DNA of 64,000 nucleotides from contig PKTT01000062.1 in the NCBI GenBank assembly GCA_002869015.1, positions 26,257 to 90,256 on the forward strand. The letters run 5' to 3'. Shown here piece by piece: positions 17,133 to 25,532 of the stretch. The notes beneath the pieces were generated by a model. It searched no databases. It was not told where the DNA came from and saw only the letters and a list, made by a program, of their open reading frames with translations. Numbering within the stretch: position 1 is the stretch's first letter; every line of letters starts with the position of its first letter. This DNA comes from Deltaproteobacteria bacterium (GTDB lineage: Bacteria > Desulfobacterota > Deferrisomatia > Deferrisomatales > BM512). Made by a program: the position numbers and the translations under genes.

Positions 17133-19049
17133 TTATTCAGCGGCTGAGTAAATACCACGTTTTTCAAAGTCCTCGCGCACATCGCCAAGAGCCAGCTCTT
17201 CCAGCGTCTCGGGCGTCGGGATACCATCCTGCGTCCAGCCTTTGAATTCGTAATAGGCGCTAAGGAGGCTCTGCTCAAACTCCTCATCTCGAACCGCCCA
17301 ATGGTCTTCCGGCGGACGCTCATCCGCCCTCCTCATGCCGCGCCTGACGTTTATTGCGCGAACGAGATTTCTGTTGCGGCGAAAAACCTTCCACAGGTCT
17401 TCCTTACTGAGGTCGAGGCCGGCCGCCATACGGATAAGGTCTGGTATATTGTGGATGTTGTATTGGGTCTTGCCGCCGAACTGGCCCCTGAATGACGATA
17501 CAAAGGCGCACAGGCCAATGGCGTCGTCGATGTAGTGCATCGCCTCATTCCAATCTACGATGTCACACACTGCGCCTGAAGGCATCTCGTTACGCCTCTC
17601 CCACTCCATGAAATACTTCTTGAATTTCTCATCGGGAACCGCCTCCCAGGCATCGACGAACGCCTGGCGCTCCTCTATGGTAGGTAGCGGATCCTGCGGG
17701 AAGGAGCCCTCGATCTGGGTGATGTTCATCTTCTCGCCGGTGGCGATCATTAAAAAGAACATCGGGTTGACCTTGCCGAGCTTGATCGGCACCTGCTCGA
17801 ATTTCTTCGTGGTGTTGTGGTCAAACTTCTCAGCGCCGTTGCCAATCTGGCGCGCGGCCCAGTAAACGCCGTTCGCCAACTTGTCGCCTATACCTCTGCG
17901 ATTGACTATCATATCGAGGATATAGAAGAAGCGGCCGCGTATATCTTCGGGCATGCCGGGGAAATCATCCAGGGTTAGAATGCCCTCCTCAAGGAGCTCA
18001 AGGGCGAAGGCAATTACCTGCGGAGTTGAGTAGGAGTCGAGTCCATACTCCTGCGCGACGCCGAGAATTTCGTAGGAAAAATCAAGCTCCTGGAAGGAAG
18101 CCATGTGGTAGGTGTCTTTACCAAAGCACTTGTAACTAAAGCGCTTTCGGCCGGGCCATGATATTACGTTGTGGCATTTTTTGGGACAATTATAGCAGCC
18201 TGTCTGGCGGTCCATGTGGTCATACTTGATATCCGTCCAGCGCTGCTGAAGCTCCTCGCTCCAATAATTCTTCTGGCGGACGCGAGCGTTACCCCAGGAG
18301 AAGTTGTCATGGTGGAAGCCGTCATCCTCATCAACCGCCATCCAGTCGCCAGCGCCGGGGTTATCAGCGAGGTCTTTCCTTAAATCCTTACATATATGAA
18401 AGAGCTTCTCCGGCTCCGCCATCTGAAGGTCTTTGGTGCCGCGTACAACTATTGCCTTTACCCGCTTGTCGCCCATCACCGGGCCAACTCCACGAGAAGC
18501 GCTGCAATGGCTGTGCTCGATAGAGGCTGTGTAGACGCGATTCTCACCGGCAAGGCCGATAGCAGCAATTTGAAGTTTGTCGTCGCCCAAGTCTTTTTTC
18601 AGGAAATCCTGGACCTCAGTGGTGCCCATACCCGCCAAATGAGCAGCGTCTCTTATTTCGACGTTGTCATTGTTTATGTAGATGTATACGAGCTTAGGGG
18701 CTTTGCCGCTTAATATTATCTTATCGTACCCGGCGTGCTTCATCTCCACGCCGAAGTAGCCGCCCATCATGGAGTGTGCGTGCAGATTGGTCTGCGGCGA
18801 GAAGGTATTCACAATTGTCCGGTTAGCGCCGGGGACGAAGGTGCCGTTAAGGAGGCCGCTGCTGAAGATAAGCAGGTTCTCCTCGGAGAAGGGCTCTACT
18901 TCAGGCCCAACACGGTCCCAGAGTATTTTGTCCGCCGTACCCTGCCCGCCAAGGTAAAGCTTTGTCAGCTCAGGGTCGGTTGCAACTCTTTCGATATTGC
19001 CGCGCGTGAGGTCGATTTCAAGGTTAAACCCTGTTTCTGCGTACCGCAT
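17133..19049 (-). CDS. bamB: BamB-like tungsten-pterin active-site subunit of class II benzoyl-CoA reductase (AOR family)
   Basis: 638 aa. The N-terminus MRYAETGFNLEIDLTRGNIERVATDPELTKLYLGGQGTADKILWDRVGPEVEPFSEENLLIF closely follows the Geobacter metallireducens BamB N-terminus as I recall it. AOR-family domains throughout. Confidence 0.9.
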   Translation of the reverse strand: MRYAETGFNLEIDLTRGNIERVATDPELTKLYLGGQGTADKILWDRVGPEVEPFSEENLLIFSSGLLNGTFVPGANRTIVNTFSPQTNLHAHSMMGGYFGVEMKHAGYDKIILSGKAPKLVYIYINNDNVEIRDAAHLAGMGTTEVQDFLKKDLGDDKLQIAAIGLAGENRVYTASIEHSHCSASRGVGPVMGDKRVKAIVVRGTKDLQMAEPEKLFHICKDLRKDLADNPGAGDWMAVDEDDGFHHDNFSWGNARVRQKNYWSEELQQRWTDIKYDHMDRQTGCYNCPKKCHNVISWPGRKRFSYKCFGKDTYHMASFQELDFSYEILGVAQEYGLDSYSTPQVIAFALELLEEGILTLDDFPGMPEDIRGRFFYILDMIVNRRGIGDKLANGVYWAARQIGNGAEKFDHNTTKKFEQVPIKLGKVNPMFFLMIATGEKMNITQIEGSFPQDPLPTIEERQAFVDAWEAVPDEKFKKYFMEWERRNEMPSGAVCDIVDWNEAMHYIDDAIGLCAFVSSFRGQFGGKTQYNIHNIPDLIRMAAGLDLSKEDLWKVFRRNRNLVRAINVRRGMRRADERPPEDHWAVRDEEFEQSLLSAYYEFKGWTQDGIPTPETLEELALGDVREDFEKRGIYSAAE

Positions 19050-19148
19050 ATTATTCGCCTTTTTAAAATCTTAACGTCTTTGTGTTTTATTAGCGTTCCA
19101 TAGGTGACCTCTTGAGACAAAAATATGGGCCACCTGAGGCAATCAATA

Positions 19149-19163
19149 TTTCATTCTATGAAA
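19149..19163. promoter_or_regulatory. Palindrome TTTCAT-TCT-ATGAAA, candidate IclR-type operator (site 2) upstream of bamB
   Basis: Lies 100-114 nt upstream of the bamB ATG (19049) and abuts a TTGATT -35-like hexamer on the bam strand. Matches site 1 in 15 of 17 positions. Confidence 0.4.
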
Positions 19164-19441
19164 CTGCATTTCAGCTGTTGGCATAAGATTATCTCGACAA
19201 CACTTTCGCCGCAAGGGTAAAAATCTATTTTTTACTCAATTTTTTTAAGATATCCCCTCAAAAACCTCATCACTGAGCTTTTTCAATGGGGATGCGCGAC
19301 AATTTGTTTATTGGGAAAATTATGCAGCAAAGCACAGGGGGAAGCTTAACTGGCTTTTAAGATGCCTCAGGCGAGGAAAATTGTGGGTACATATTCGTCA
19401 AATGAACTAAGCAGGTTTCCAAGGCAAGCACTAAAAAGACA

Positions 19442-20347
19442 TCATAAAAGACCCTTTCTTGCCGCCAGACATCTCACACGCGCTTCGGTGTTTAATAGAT
19501 AGCCGTCAAGGGGTTGCTTGGGCTCCGATAGTTTCTCCCACTCAGCTACCCTTATCCGCTCGACTACGCGGACCAAATCACCATCCTCTTCGGCAAGAAG
19601 CTCTTCAACCCAAGATTTATAATCCTCTGTGGCACTTATAGAGTCCGAAAAGTGCCGGCCGACATCTTCACCAGTAAATACTTTGTTGTGCCCCTGGCAT
19701 AGGAGATCGACATCCAACTTGCTTAAACGGCGGAGAGAAGTAAGGTATGAGTCATAATCCGCCACGAACTCAACCATCATGTGGTCACTAACCTCGGAAC
19801 AGCCAACCGCCTCCGATGCAATCAGGATTTTTTCATGGGGCAAGTAGTAGCTCAAAAAATCCCTGGTATGACCCGGCGTCTCCATTACCCGTATGAAGCT
19901 CTCTTTACCGAGGTCTATCTCCTCCCCCTCAGACAAAACGATATCTACATTAAAGGGCTTAAAATCATCCTCCAGCACAAGCTCCAAGCCGATTGCTTCC
20001 GCGTGGGGTCTGGCGCTGCGGTTAAGCTTTTTAATAAGATCCAAAGCCTTTGGTTTGGCTAATATCTCCGCCGCCCTTGCCGATGCTGCAACTTTAAGTT
20101 TGGGGAACGCCTCTTTGAGGTGCCCAACGGTGCCGCAGTGGTCGAAATGTGCGTGGGTTAGAAAGAGGATATCCGGCGTGCGTTCCCCCAAAACAGCCAG
20201 AAGGGCCTCAACGTAAGTCTGGCCAAGGAAGGTGAAGCCGGCGTCAAAGAGCACCGATCGTTCACCAACCTTGAGATAAATTGGGGTATTGGGGTGTCCT
20301 AAAACATAAAATCCAGGGGCAACCTCACCCGTTTTTCTGATTACCAA
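19442..20347 (-). CDS. MBL-fold metallo-hydrolase
   Basis: 301 aa with the THAHFDHCG metal-binding motif. TTG start. Confidence 0.8.
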   Translation of the reverse strand: MVIRKTGEVAPGFYVLGHPNTPIYLKVGERSVLFDAGFTFLGQTYVEALLAVLGERTPDILFLTHAHFDHCGTVGHLKEAFPKLKVAASARAAEILAKPKALDLIKKLNRSARPHAEAIGLELVLEDDFKPFNVDIVLSEGEEIDLGKESFIRVMETPGHTRDFLSYYLPHEKILIASEAVGCSEVSDHMMVEFVADYDSYLTSLRRLSKLDVDLLCQGHNKVFTGEDVGRHFSDSISATEDYKSWVEELLAEEDGDLVRVVERIRVAEWEKLSEPKQPLDGYLLNTEARVRCLAARKGLL

Positions 20348-20635
20348 AATCTGACTCCCTTTGCGACCGCTTTACGAATAATCTCTCTAATGGGAACCTG
20401 CCACATCGTCCTGTGTAACAAATCTCCACGCAAAGGCACCAGAGAAACTTTTCCATTTCCAGCGGTTTAAGAATTAATCCCAACTCAAAAGAGCAGGCAA
20501 CATAGCCTTAAGGGCTTATTTTTTTAGGTTAAAATGAAACATACAATGAATGCTGCAACTTTTCTTTAGCACCACACTTGACTTTTATATTTTTAATCAA
20601 TACCTTTTGTGTAAAGTAACTACACAGGAGTTTTC

Positions 20636-21079
20636 ATGAGGCGCAGCAGGTTTCTGCTATTATTTTTAACTGCGTGGCTAGCTTTCGGAGGTGAGGGTTT
20701 TGCTCTTACACTTTGCGAGATAGCGTGCGCCGGGGGTTCACATCACGAATCCGCCCCTTCATGCTCAAATGAAATGGGAAGAGTAATGGGTGGGGTGCAC
20801 TCAACCTCTGAGGACAACTCCAACTCCTTTTCCAATTGCTGTGACAACTCCAATAAAGACAGCGCTGCCTGTCTTATGCAATCGCATACCTCACATGAAA
20901 TGCTGAGCGAAGGGGCAAACCTTGAAAAGCTTGATCTGTCAGCTTTTGCGTCCCTTATACCGATAGGTTTTATAACCTACGAAACCGCCGGCACATATCC
21001 CAATCTTTTACATACTGATGGGCCTATAAGCCCTCATACGCCACCGATCTATCTAAACACCTCCTCATTTCTCTGTTAA
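20636..21079 (+). CDS. Exported Cys/His-rich hypothetical protein at the head of the metal-efflux operon
   Basis: 147 aa. AGGAG RBS. Signal peptide MRRSRFLLLFLTAWLAFGGEGFA. Cys/His-containing segments (CEIACAGGSHHESAPSC, CCDNSNKDSAAC). Confidence 0.55.
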   Translation: MRRSRFLLLFLTAWLAFGGEGFALTLCEIACAGGSHHESAPSCSNEMGRVMGGVHSTSEDNSNSFSNCCDNSNKDSAACLMQSHTSHEMLSEGANLEKLDLSAFASLIPIGFITYETAGTYPNLLHTDGPISPHTPPIYLNTSSFLC

Positions 21080-21206
21080 GCCCCCCTCTTCGGAAGGCGC
21101 ACGAGTAGCGCAATCGGGAATGGGATAGATCCGCCCGATTCGCCAGCCTACCGATCCGGTTGTACCCTTAGCCAATAAACATACAGCCCCTTGCTGGAGA
21201 AATAAC

Positions 21207-22499
21207 ATGAAGAGGACTGCCTTAACGCTGACTCTAGCCCTCATTGCTTTGAATGCAGCTATCGCGTCGGATGACACATATCTTGAAGGTGACCTGAACT
21301 CAGTCATCGAGTACGCCCAAGAGCATAGTCCCGCGATAATTGCAGCTAAAGGCGAGTGGCTGGCGACGCTTGAGTCATACCGCGTGACCACAGCATATCC
21401 AGACCCCGAGATGATGGTCACCTGGTTTCCAGAGCCTATAGAGACAAGGCTTGGGCCTCAGGAGTGGAACGCCACCATATCTCAGCAGATACCCTACCCC
21501 GGTGAGCTTGAAAGCGCAGGCGAGATAGTCGAGGCAAAGAGCGATGTCGCCAAAGCCGGTTTTGAGAAAGTTGCACGCGGCGTTACCACAAACGTCACCA
21601 AATCGTTACACGAGCTTTGGTATATCAGGGGCGCTGAAGAGGTTGTCCGTGAGCAGCTAAAACTCGTTAAACACATACTCCTCATAGCCACAACAACCTA
21701 TGGAGAGGGAGATTCAACCCTCTTGGAGCTAACTAAAGTCAAATCTCAGGAGGCGCAGCTCGGCTATGACCTTACCCTCCTTGAGGAGCTGGAAATTGCA
21801 GAGACTGCTACGCTCAACTCATTGATTGGGCGGGATGCCAACCTCCCCATAGGAGAGACAGTCATACCGCCCATCCCAGAAAATCTGCCGCCGGTGGAAA
21901 AGCTGGTCGATGCAGCAAAGGAGCACCGCGACGAGATAGCTATGGCCCGTGGGGCTGTTGCGGTGGCCGATGCTTCATTTAAAAAGGCCAACTTGGAGAA
22001 CCGCCCTGATTTCAAGGTCGGACTCTTTTACGCAGGGATAGGAGAACCCGACGTCCCCTCCCCTCCGCCAGACGCAGGACGGGATGCTTACGGCATACAG
22101 TTCGGAATAAAGATCCCAATATGGGGTAGCAAGCGTGACGGCCGGGTAGCTTCCGCCACGGCAAAACGTGACGCTGCGTCGGCGCAACTTGACAATGTCA
22201 AAAACTCCACAGCTGCCGCTGTCTACTCAAAATACTTCAACCTCCTCAACTCAAAGAGGCTCGTCAATCTTTATTCGGAAGAGCTTATACCGCAGGGACG
22301 CGCCGCCCTTGAGAACGCTGAAAATTGGCTGAACAACGGCGAGGGGTCACTGGGTGATCTTTTGGAGGCACGGGCGGCTTATCACAATTTTCAACTAAGC
22401 ATGCTGCGCGCCCGCGCAGATTTCGGAAAGAACCGCGCCGACATGGAGAGGCTTACCGGAGTCAGCATCGCAGCAGCGGGAGGTGGTGAGAATGAGTAA
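21207..22499 (+). CDS. TolC/CusC-family outer-membrane efflux protein
   Basis: 430 aa. Signal peptide and the coiled-coil/beta-barrel OEP repeat pattern. First structural gene of the RND operon. Confidence 0.8.
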   Translation: MKRTALTLTLALIALNAAIASDDTYLEGDLNSVIEYAQEHSPAIIAAKGEWLATLESYRVTTAYPDPEMMVTWFPEPIETRLGPQEWNATISQQIPYPGELESAGEIVEAKSDVAKAGFEKVARGVTTNVTKSLHELWYIRGAEEVVREQLKLVKHILLIATTTYGEGDSTLLELTKVKSQEAQLGYDLTLLEELEIAETATLNSLIGRDANLPIGETVIPPIPENLPPVEKLVDAAKEHRDEIAMARGAVAVADASFKKANLENRPDFKVGLFYAGIGEPDVPSPPPDAGRDAYGIQFGIKIPIWGSKRDGRVASATAKRDAASAQLDNVKNSTAAAVYSKYFNLLNSKRLVNLYSEELIPQGRAALENAENWLNNGEGSLGDLLEARAAYHNFQLSMLRARADFGKNRADMERLTGVSIAAAGGGENE

Positions 22500-24006
22500 A
22501 CATTTATTATCCACCATCTTAACGTTACTGGTTTCAACCCATACTTTTGCGGGTTACGAGGAGCTCAAGGCGGATTACGATTCTTTCAGCATTACGCCGC
22601 CCACCCATTTGGAAGAAGGCCTAAAGGAGTTCAGCAGCTCCTCCTGGGGTGATGACAGCACTAGAGGCCTAATAGAGGGACTCAAGGCTGAAAGCATAAA
22701 AGCGCTGGACGATCAAAGCATGGCGCCCAAGTTCGAAGAAAACCTTCTGAAGCGAAGTGAAGCGGAGAGCTTCTTAGCTAAGGGCGGCACAGTTGATGAA
22801 CTCAGGGCCCTTGTTGCATCGAGGAACAGATCCGTAAGGAGCCAAAGAGAGCGGGCGCTAGCGGCCATTGAGTCCATAAGCCAGGTAGCGCTCCTTGATG
22901 AAATTCTAAGCTCCTACTCTGTCCTTACAGAGTCTTTGATGAATAAGGTCGGCCCGATGAAGGGTAGCTCTCCGGTCGAGATGACATACCCGTCACCCTC
23001 AGTTACTTCACTTAAGGTGAGCGTTGCTAAGAACGAAGCCTCCATAGAGAGGGAAAATTACTTCGCGACGTTGAGAGACAAACTCTTCGAGCTTGAAGCT
23101 CTTCATAATGAGCTTACCCTCGTGCGCGAGGATAAAAGGCTGAAGGAGGAGCTCCTTGAGCTCCTTGGCTCTGTTGAAAGCGTCGCTACAGCTCTTTATG
23201 AGACCGGAAAAAGCGACTTTCAGGATGTCATCTCCGTAAGGGTAAAGAGGCTCTCACTCGGGGAGATGGTGAGATCATTGGAGGAACGGGATTTAGCCCT
23301 TACCACCTCAATTCTACAGCTTGTGGACCTTACCGATAGCAGCGTCGCTATAAATACACCCGATAAAGGGGCACTCTCAGCGTCCCCTGACAGCTGGAAA
23401 AATCTCCTCCCTGACGCCCTTATCAGCCGTCAGGAACTACGCCTTATACGCGCGAAGATAGCGAAGATGGAGGCGATGATTGAGATGGGCGAGAGCATGC
23501 TTACCCCATCAATCGACCATGGCTTCTCACGCTTTCAGGACAGGCCGCTCGCACAGGTTGGAAGCGGTGCGATGGCTGAGACCTTCCCGACAAAAGAAAA
23601 CGCCGCGATGGGTTACGCATCACCCAAAAAGCCATGGTACGGCGCTTCCGATTCATACCTGACGGAACTGCGCATAAAGCTCTCTGCGGCTAAAAGCTCC
23701 CTGGCGGAGGCGGAGAGCAAGACTGCGTCAATGCTACATGAAAAGTGGAGCGTTCTGGATGCCGCTAAAAGGGACTTTACACTCTATGACAATGAGGTTG
23801 TAGCACTAAGGCGTAGCGCGCTGGACGCAGGTGGCGCGGCTTACGAGTCGGGCTCACTGCCATTTCCAAAGCTAATAGCGCTTTACGACGCATACCTCGA
23901 CGCCGCTCTTTCACGGGCGAAGAGCTACTCGAAATATGAAACAACCCTAGCGGCGATTGAAAAAATTGTCGGCGCGCCCATATCGGCGATCTCAAGGGAG
24001 AGATAG
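22492..24006 (+). CDS. Second, divergent TolC-like outer-membrane efflux protein
   Basis: ORF 22483..24006. Start moved to ATG 22492 (GGAGG RBS, 8-nt overlap with the upstream gene). Signal peptide MSKHLLSTILTLLVSTHTFAG. Long helical OEP-like repeats. Family call is tentative. Confidence 0.5.
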   Translation: MSKHLLSTILTLLVSTHTFAGYEELKADYDSFSITPPTHLEEGLKEFSSSSWGDDSTRGLIEGLKAESIKALDDQSMAPKFEENLLKRSEAESFLAKGGTVDELRALVASRNRSVRSQRERALAAIESISQVALLDEILSSYSVLTESLMNKVGPMKGSSPVEMTYPSPSVTSLKVSVAKNEASIERENYFATLRDKLFELEALHNELTLVREDKRLKEELLELLGSVESVATALYETGKSDFQDVISVRVKRLSLGEMVRSLEERDLALTTSILQLVDLTDSSVAINTPDKGALSASPDSWKNLLPDALISRQELRLIRAKIAKMEAMIEMGESMLTPSIDHGFSRFQDRPLAQVGSGAMAETFPTKENAAMGYASPKKPWYGASDSYLTELRIKLSAAKSSLAEAESKTASMLHEKWSVLDAAKRDFTLYDNEVVALRRSALDAGGAAYESGSLPFPKLIALYDAYLDAALSRAKSYSKYETTLAAIEKIVGAPISAISRER

Positions 24007-24008
24007 AG

Positions 24009-25508
24009 ATGTCAACGAAGAAGACCGGATTGATATTAACTGTTGTGATTATCACAGCTGCTACAACGATGGCGCTAACCTGGGCCACCATACATACACT
24101 TTATGACAAGCCTGCGAGAACTGTTCTGGACGCCGAAAAGGTGCTAGGCCCGGACCATACAGCCGAAGACCATGAGCCGGGGCAGCTTTACTCCTGCGGG
24201 ATGCACCCATGGATCATCTCCGAGGAGCCGGGAGATTGTCCCATCTGCGGAATGGAGCTGACGCCGAAGCGCGACGACACCACTACATCCTCAGCTCCAA
24301 CAGAGCGGAAAGTTGTCTACTGGCGCGCTCCGATGGACCCGACAGAGATATACGAGGAACCCGGCAAATCAAAGATGGGAATGGACCTCGTGCCGGTCTA
24401 CTCCGATGAGCTGATAGGTGGCGTAGAGGTCTCCATTGACCCGGTAACCCAGCAGAATATGGGTGTCAGGACAGCTATTGCCGAGCGAAACCCCCTTGAG
24501 ATGACATTACGCACCTATGGCCGCGTTACCTACGACGTAACTAAAAATACGAAGGTAAGCCCGCGCTTTGACGGGTGGGTGGAGCGCCTATACGTCGAAT
24601 ATCCAGGCCAAAAGATAAAGCGCGGTGAGCAGCTCTTCGATATCTACTCCCCGGAGCTTGTTGGCGCCCAGGAGGAGTACCTGGCAGCGCTAAGGGGCGG
24701 TGAAGAGAGCCCCCTTGCAATAGCGACTAAGAAAAAGCTACTGAACCTCGGAGTCGCAGAGCGTGAAATCACAGCTATCAAAAAACGGGGCGAAGTTACC
24801 CGCACAATCACTATTCGCGCGCCATCCGCCGGAGTGGTCCTTGACACCCCCCTCGCTGAAGGAGCGTTCGTCAAAAAGGGTCAGGCCGTATACTCACTCG
24901 CCGACCTCTCCGACCTCTGGGTTGAGGCAACCATATATGAGCAGGATATTCCCTGGGTGAGAGAGGGCCAGCGCGCTCTTATTGACTTCCCTTACCTGCC
25001 GGGAGCGCCGGTCGAGGCTACCGTGTCATTTATCTACCCTTACCTCCGTGGCAAAACTCGTGATGTCGTGGCCCGTCTGGAGATCGATAACGGCGGAGGG
25101 AAGCTAAAGCCAGAGATGTTTGGAGAGGTCACGCTAAATAGCACCTTAGGATATGAGGGCACAACGATACCATCCGAAGCGGTGATTCGTACCGGTACGC
25201 GGAACATAGTCTTCGTCACCCGAGGTGAAGGCAAGTTCACCCCCCGCGAGGTCACCCTGGGCCATGCCCTCTCCGGAGGAAATGTAGAAGTGCTCCAAGG
25301 AATCGCACCAGGTGAAGAGGTCGTAACTTCCGGTCAATTTCTGCTGGACTCCGAATCGAACCTCAAAGAGGCGGTTCAGAAGATGCTTGAGGCCCGCAAA
25401 TCGGGTTCGGCAAAGAGTCAGAAGAATGATGACGATTTCTTCGATGATATGGAGTCCGACGACGGCTTCTTTGACGACATGGAAGAGGGTTCACAGGGCG
25501 GGAACTAG
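24009..25508 (+). CDS. cusB: RND efflux periplasmic adaptor (CusB-like) with an N-terminal heavy-metal-binding motif
   Basis: 499 aa. TM anchor, YSCGMHPWIISEEPGDCPICGMEL motif (24189-24260), and HlyD/MFP barrel-sandwich and beta-barrel regions. Confidence 0.8.
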   Translation: MSTKKTGLILTVVIITAATTMALTWATIHTLYDKPARTVLDAEKVLGPDHTAEDHEPGQLYSCGMHPWIISEEPGDCPICGMELTPKRDDTTTSSAPTERKVVYWRAPMDPTEIYEEPGKSKMGMDLVPVYSDELIGGVEVSIDPVTQQNMGVRTAIAERNPLEMTLRTYGRVTYDVTKNTKVSPRFDGWVERLYVEYPGQKIKRGEQLFDIYSPELVGAQEEYLAALRGGEESPLAIATKKKLLNLGVAEREITAIKKRGEVTRTITIRAPSAGVVLDTPLAEGAFVKKGQAVYSLADLSDLWVEATIYEQDIPWVREGQRALIDFPYLPGAPVEATVSFIYPYLRGKTRDVVARLEIDNGGGKLKPEMFGEVTLNSTLGYEGTTIPSEAVIRTGTRNIVFVTRGEGKFTPREVTLGHALSGGNVEVLQGIAPGEEVVTSGQFLLDSESNLKEAVQKMLEARKSGSAKSQKNDDDFFDDMESDDGFFDDMEEGSQGGN

Positions 25509-25532
25509 CCGTCTCAAGAGAGGAAACTCACC

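Noticed and set aside
19117-19132. TGGCCC-N5-TTTGT upstream of bamB (minus strand) as a possible sigma-54 promoter.
   Set aside because: It lacks the invariant GC of the -12 element at the correct spacing. A sigma-70-like TTGATT hexamer next to the palindrome is at least as plausible.
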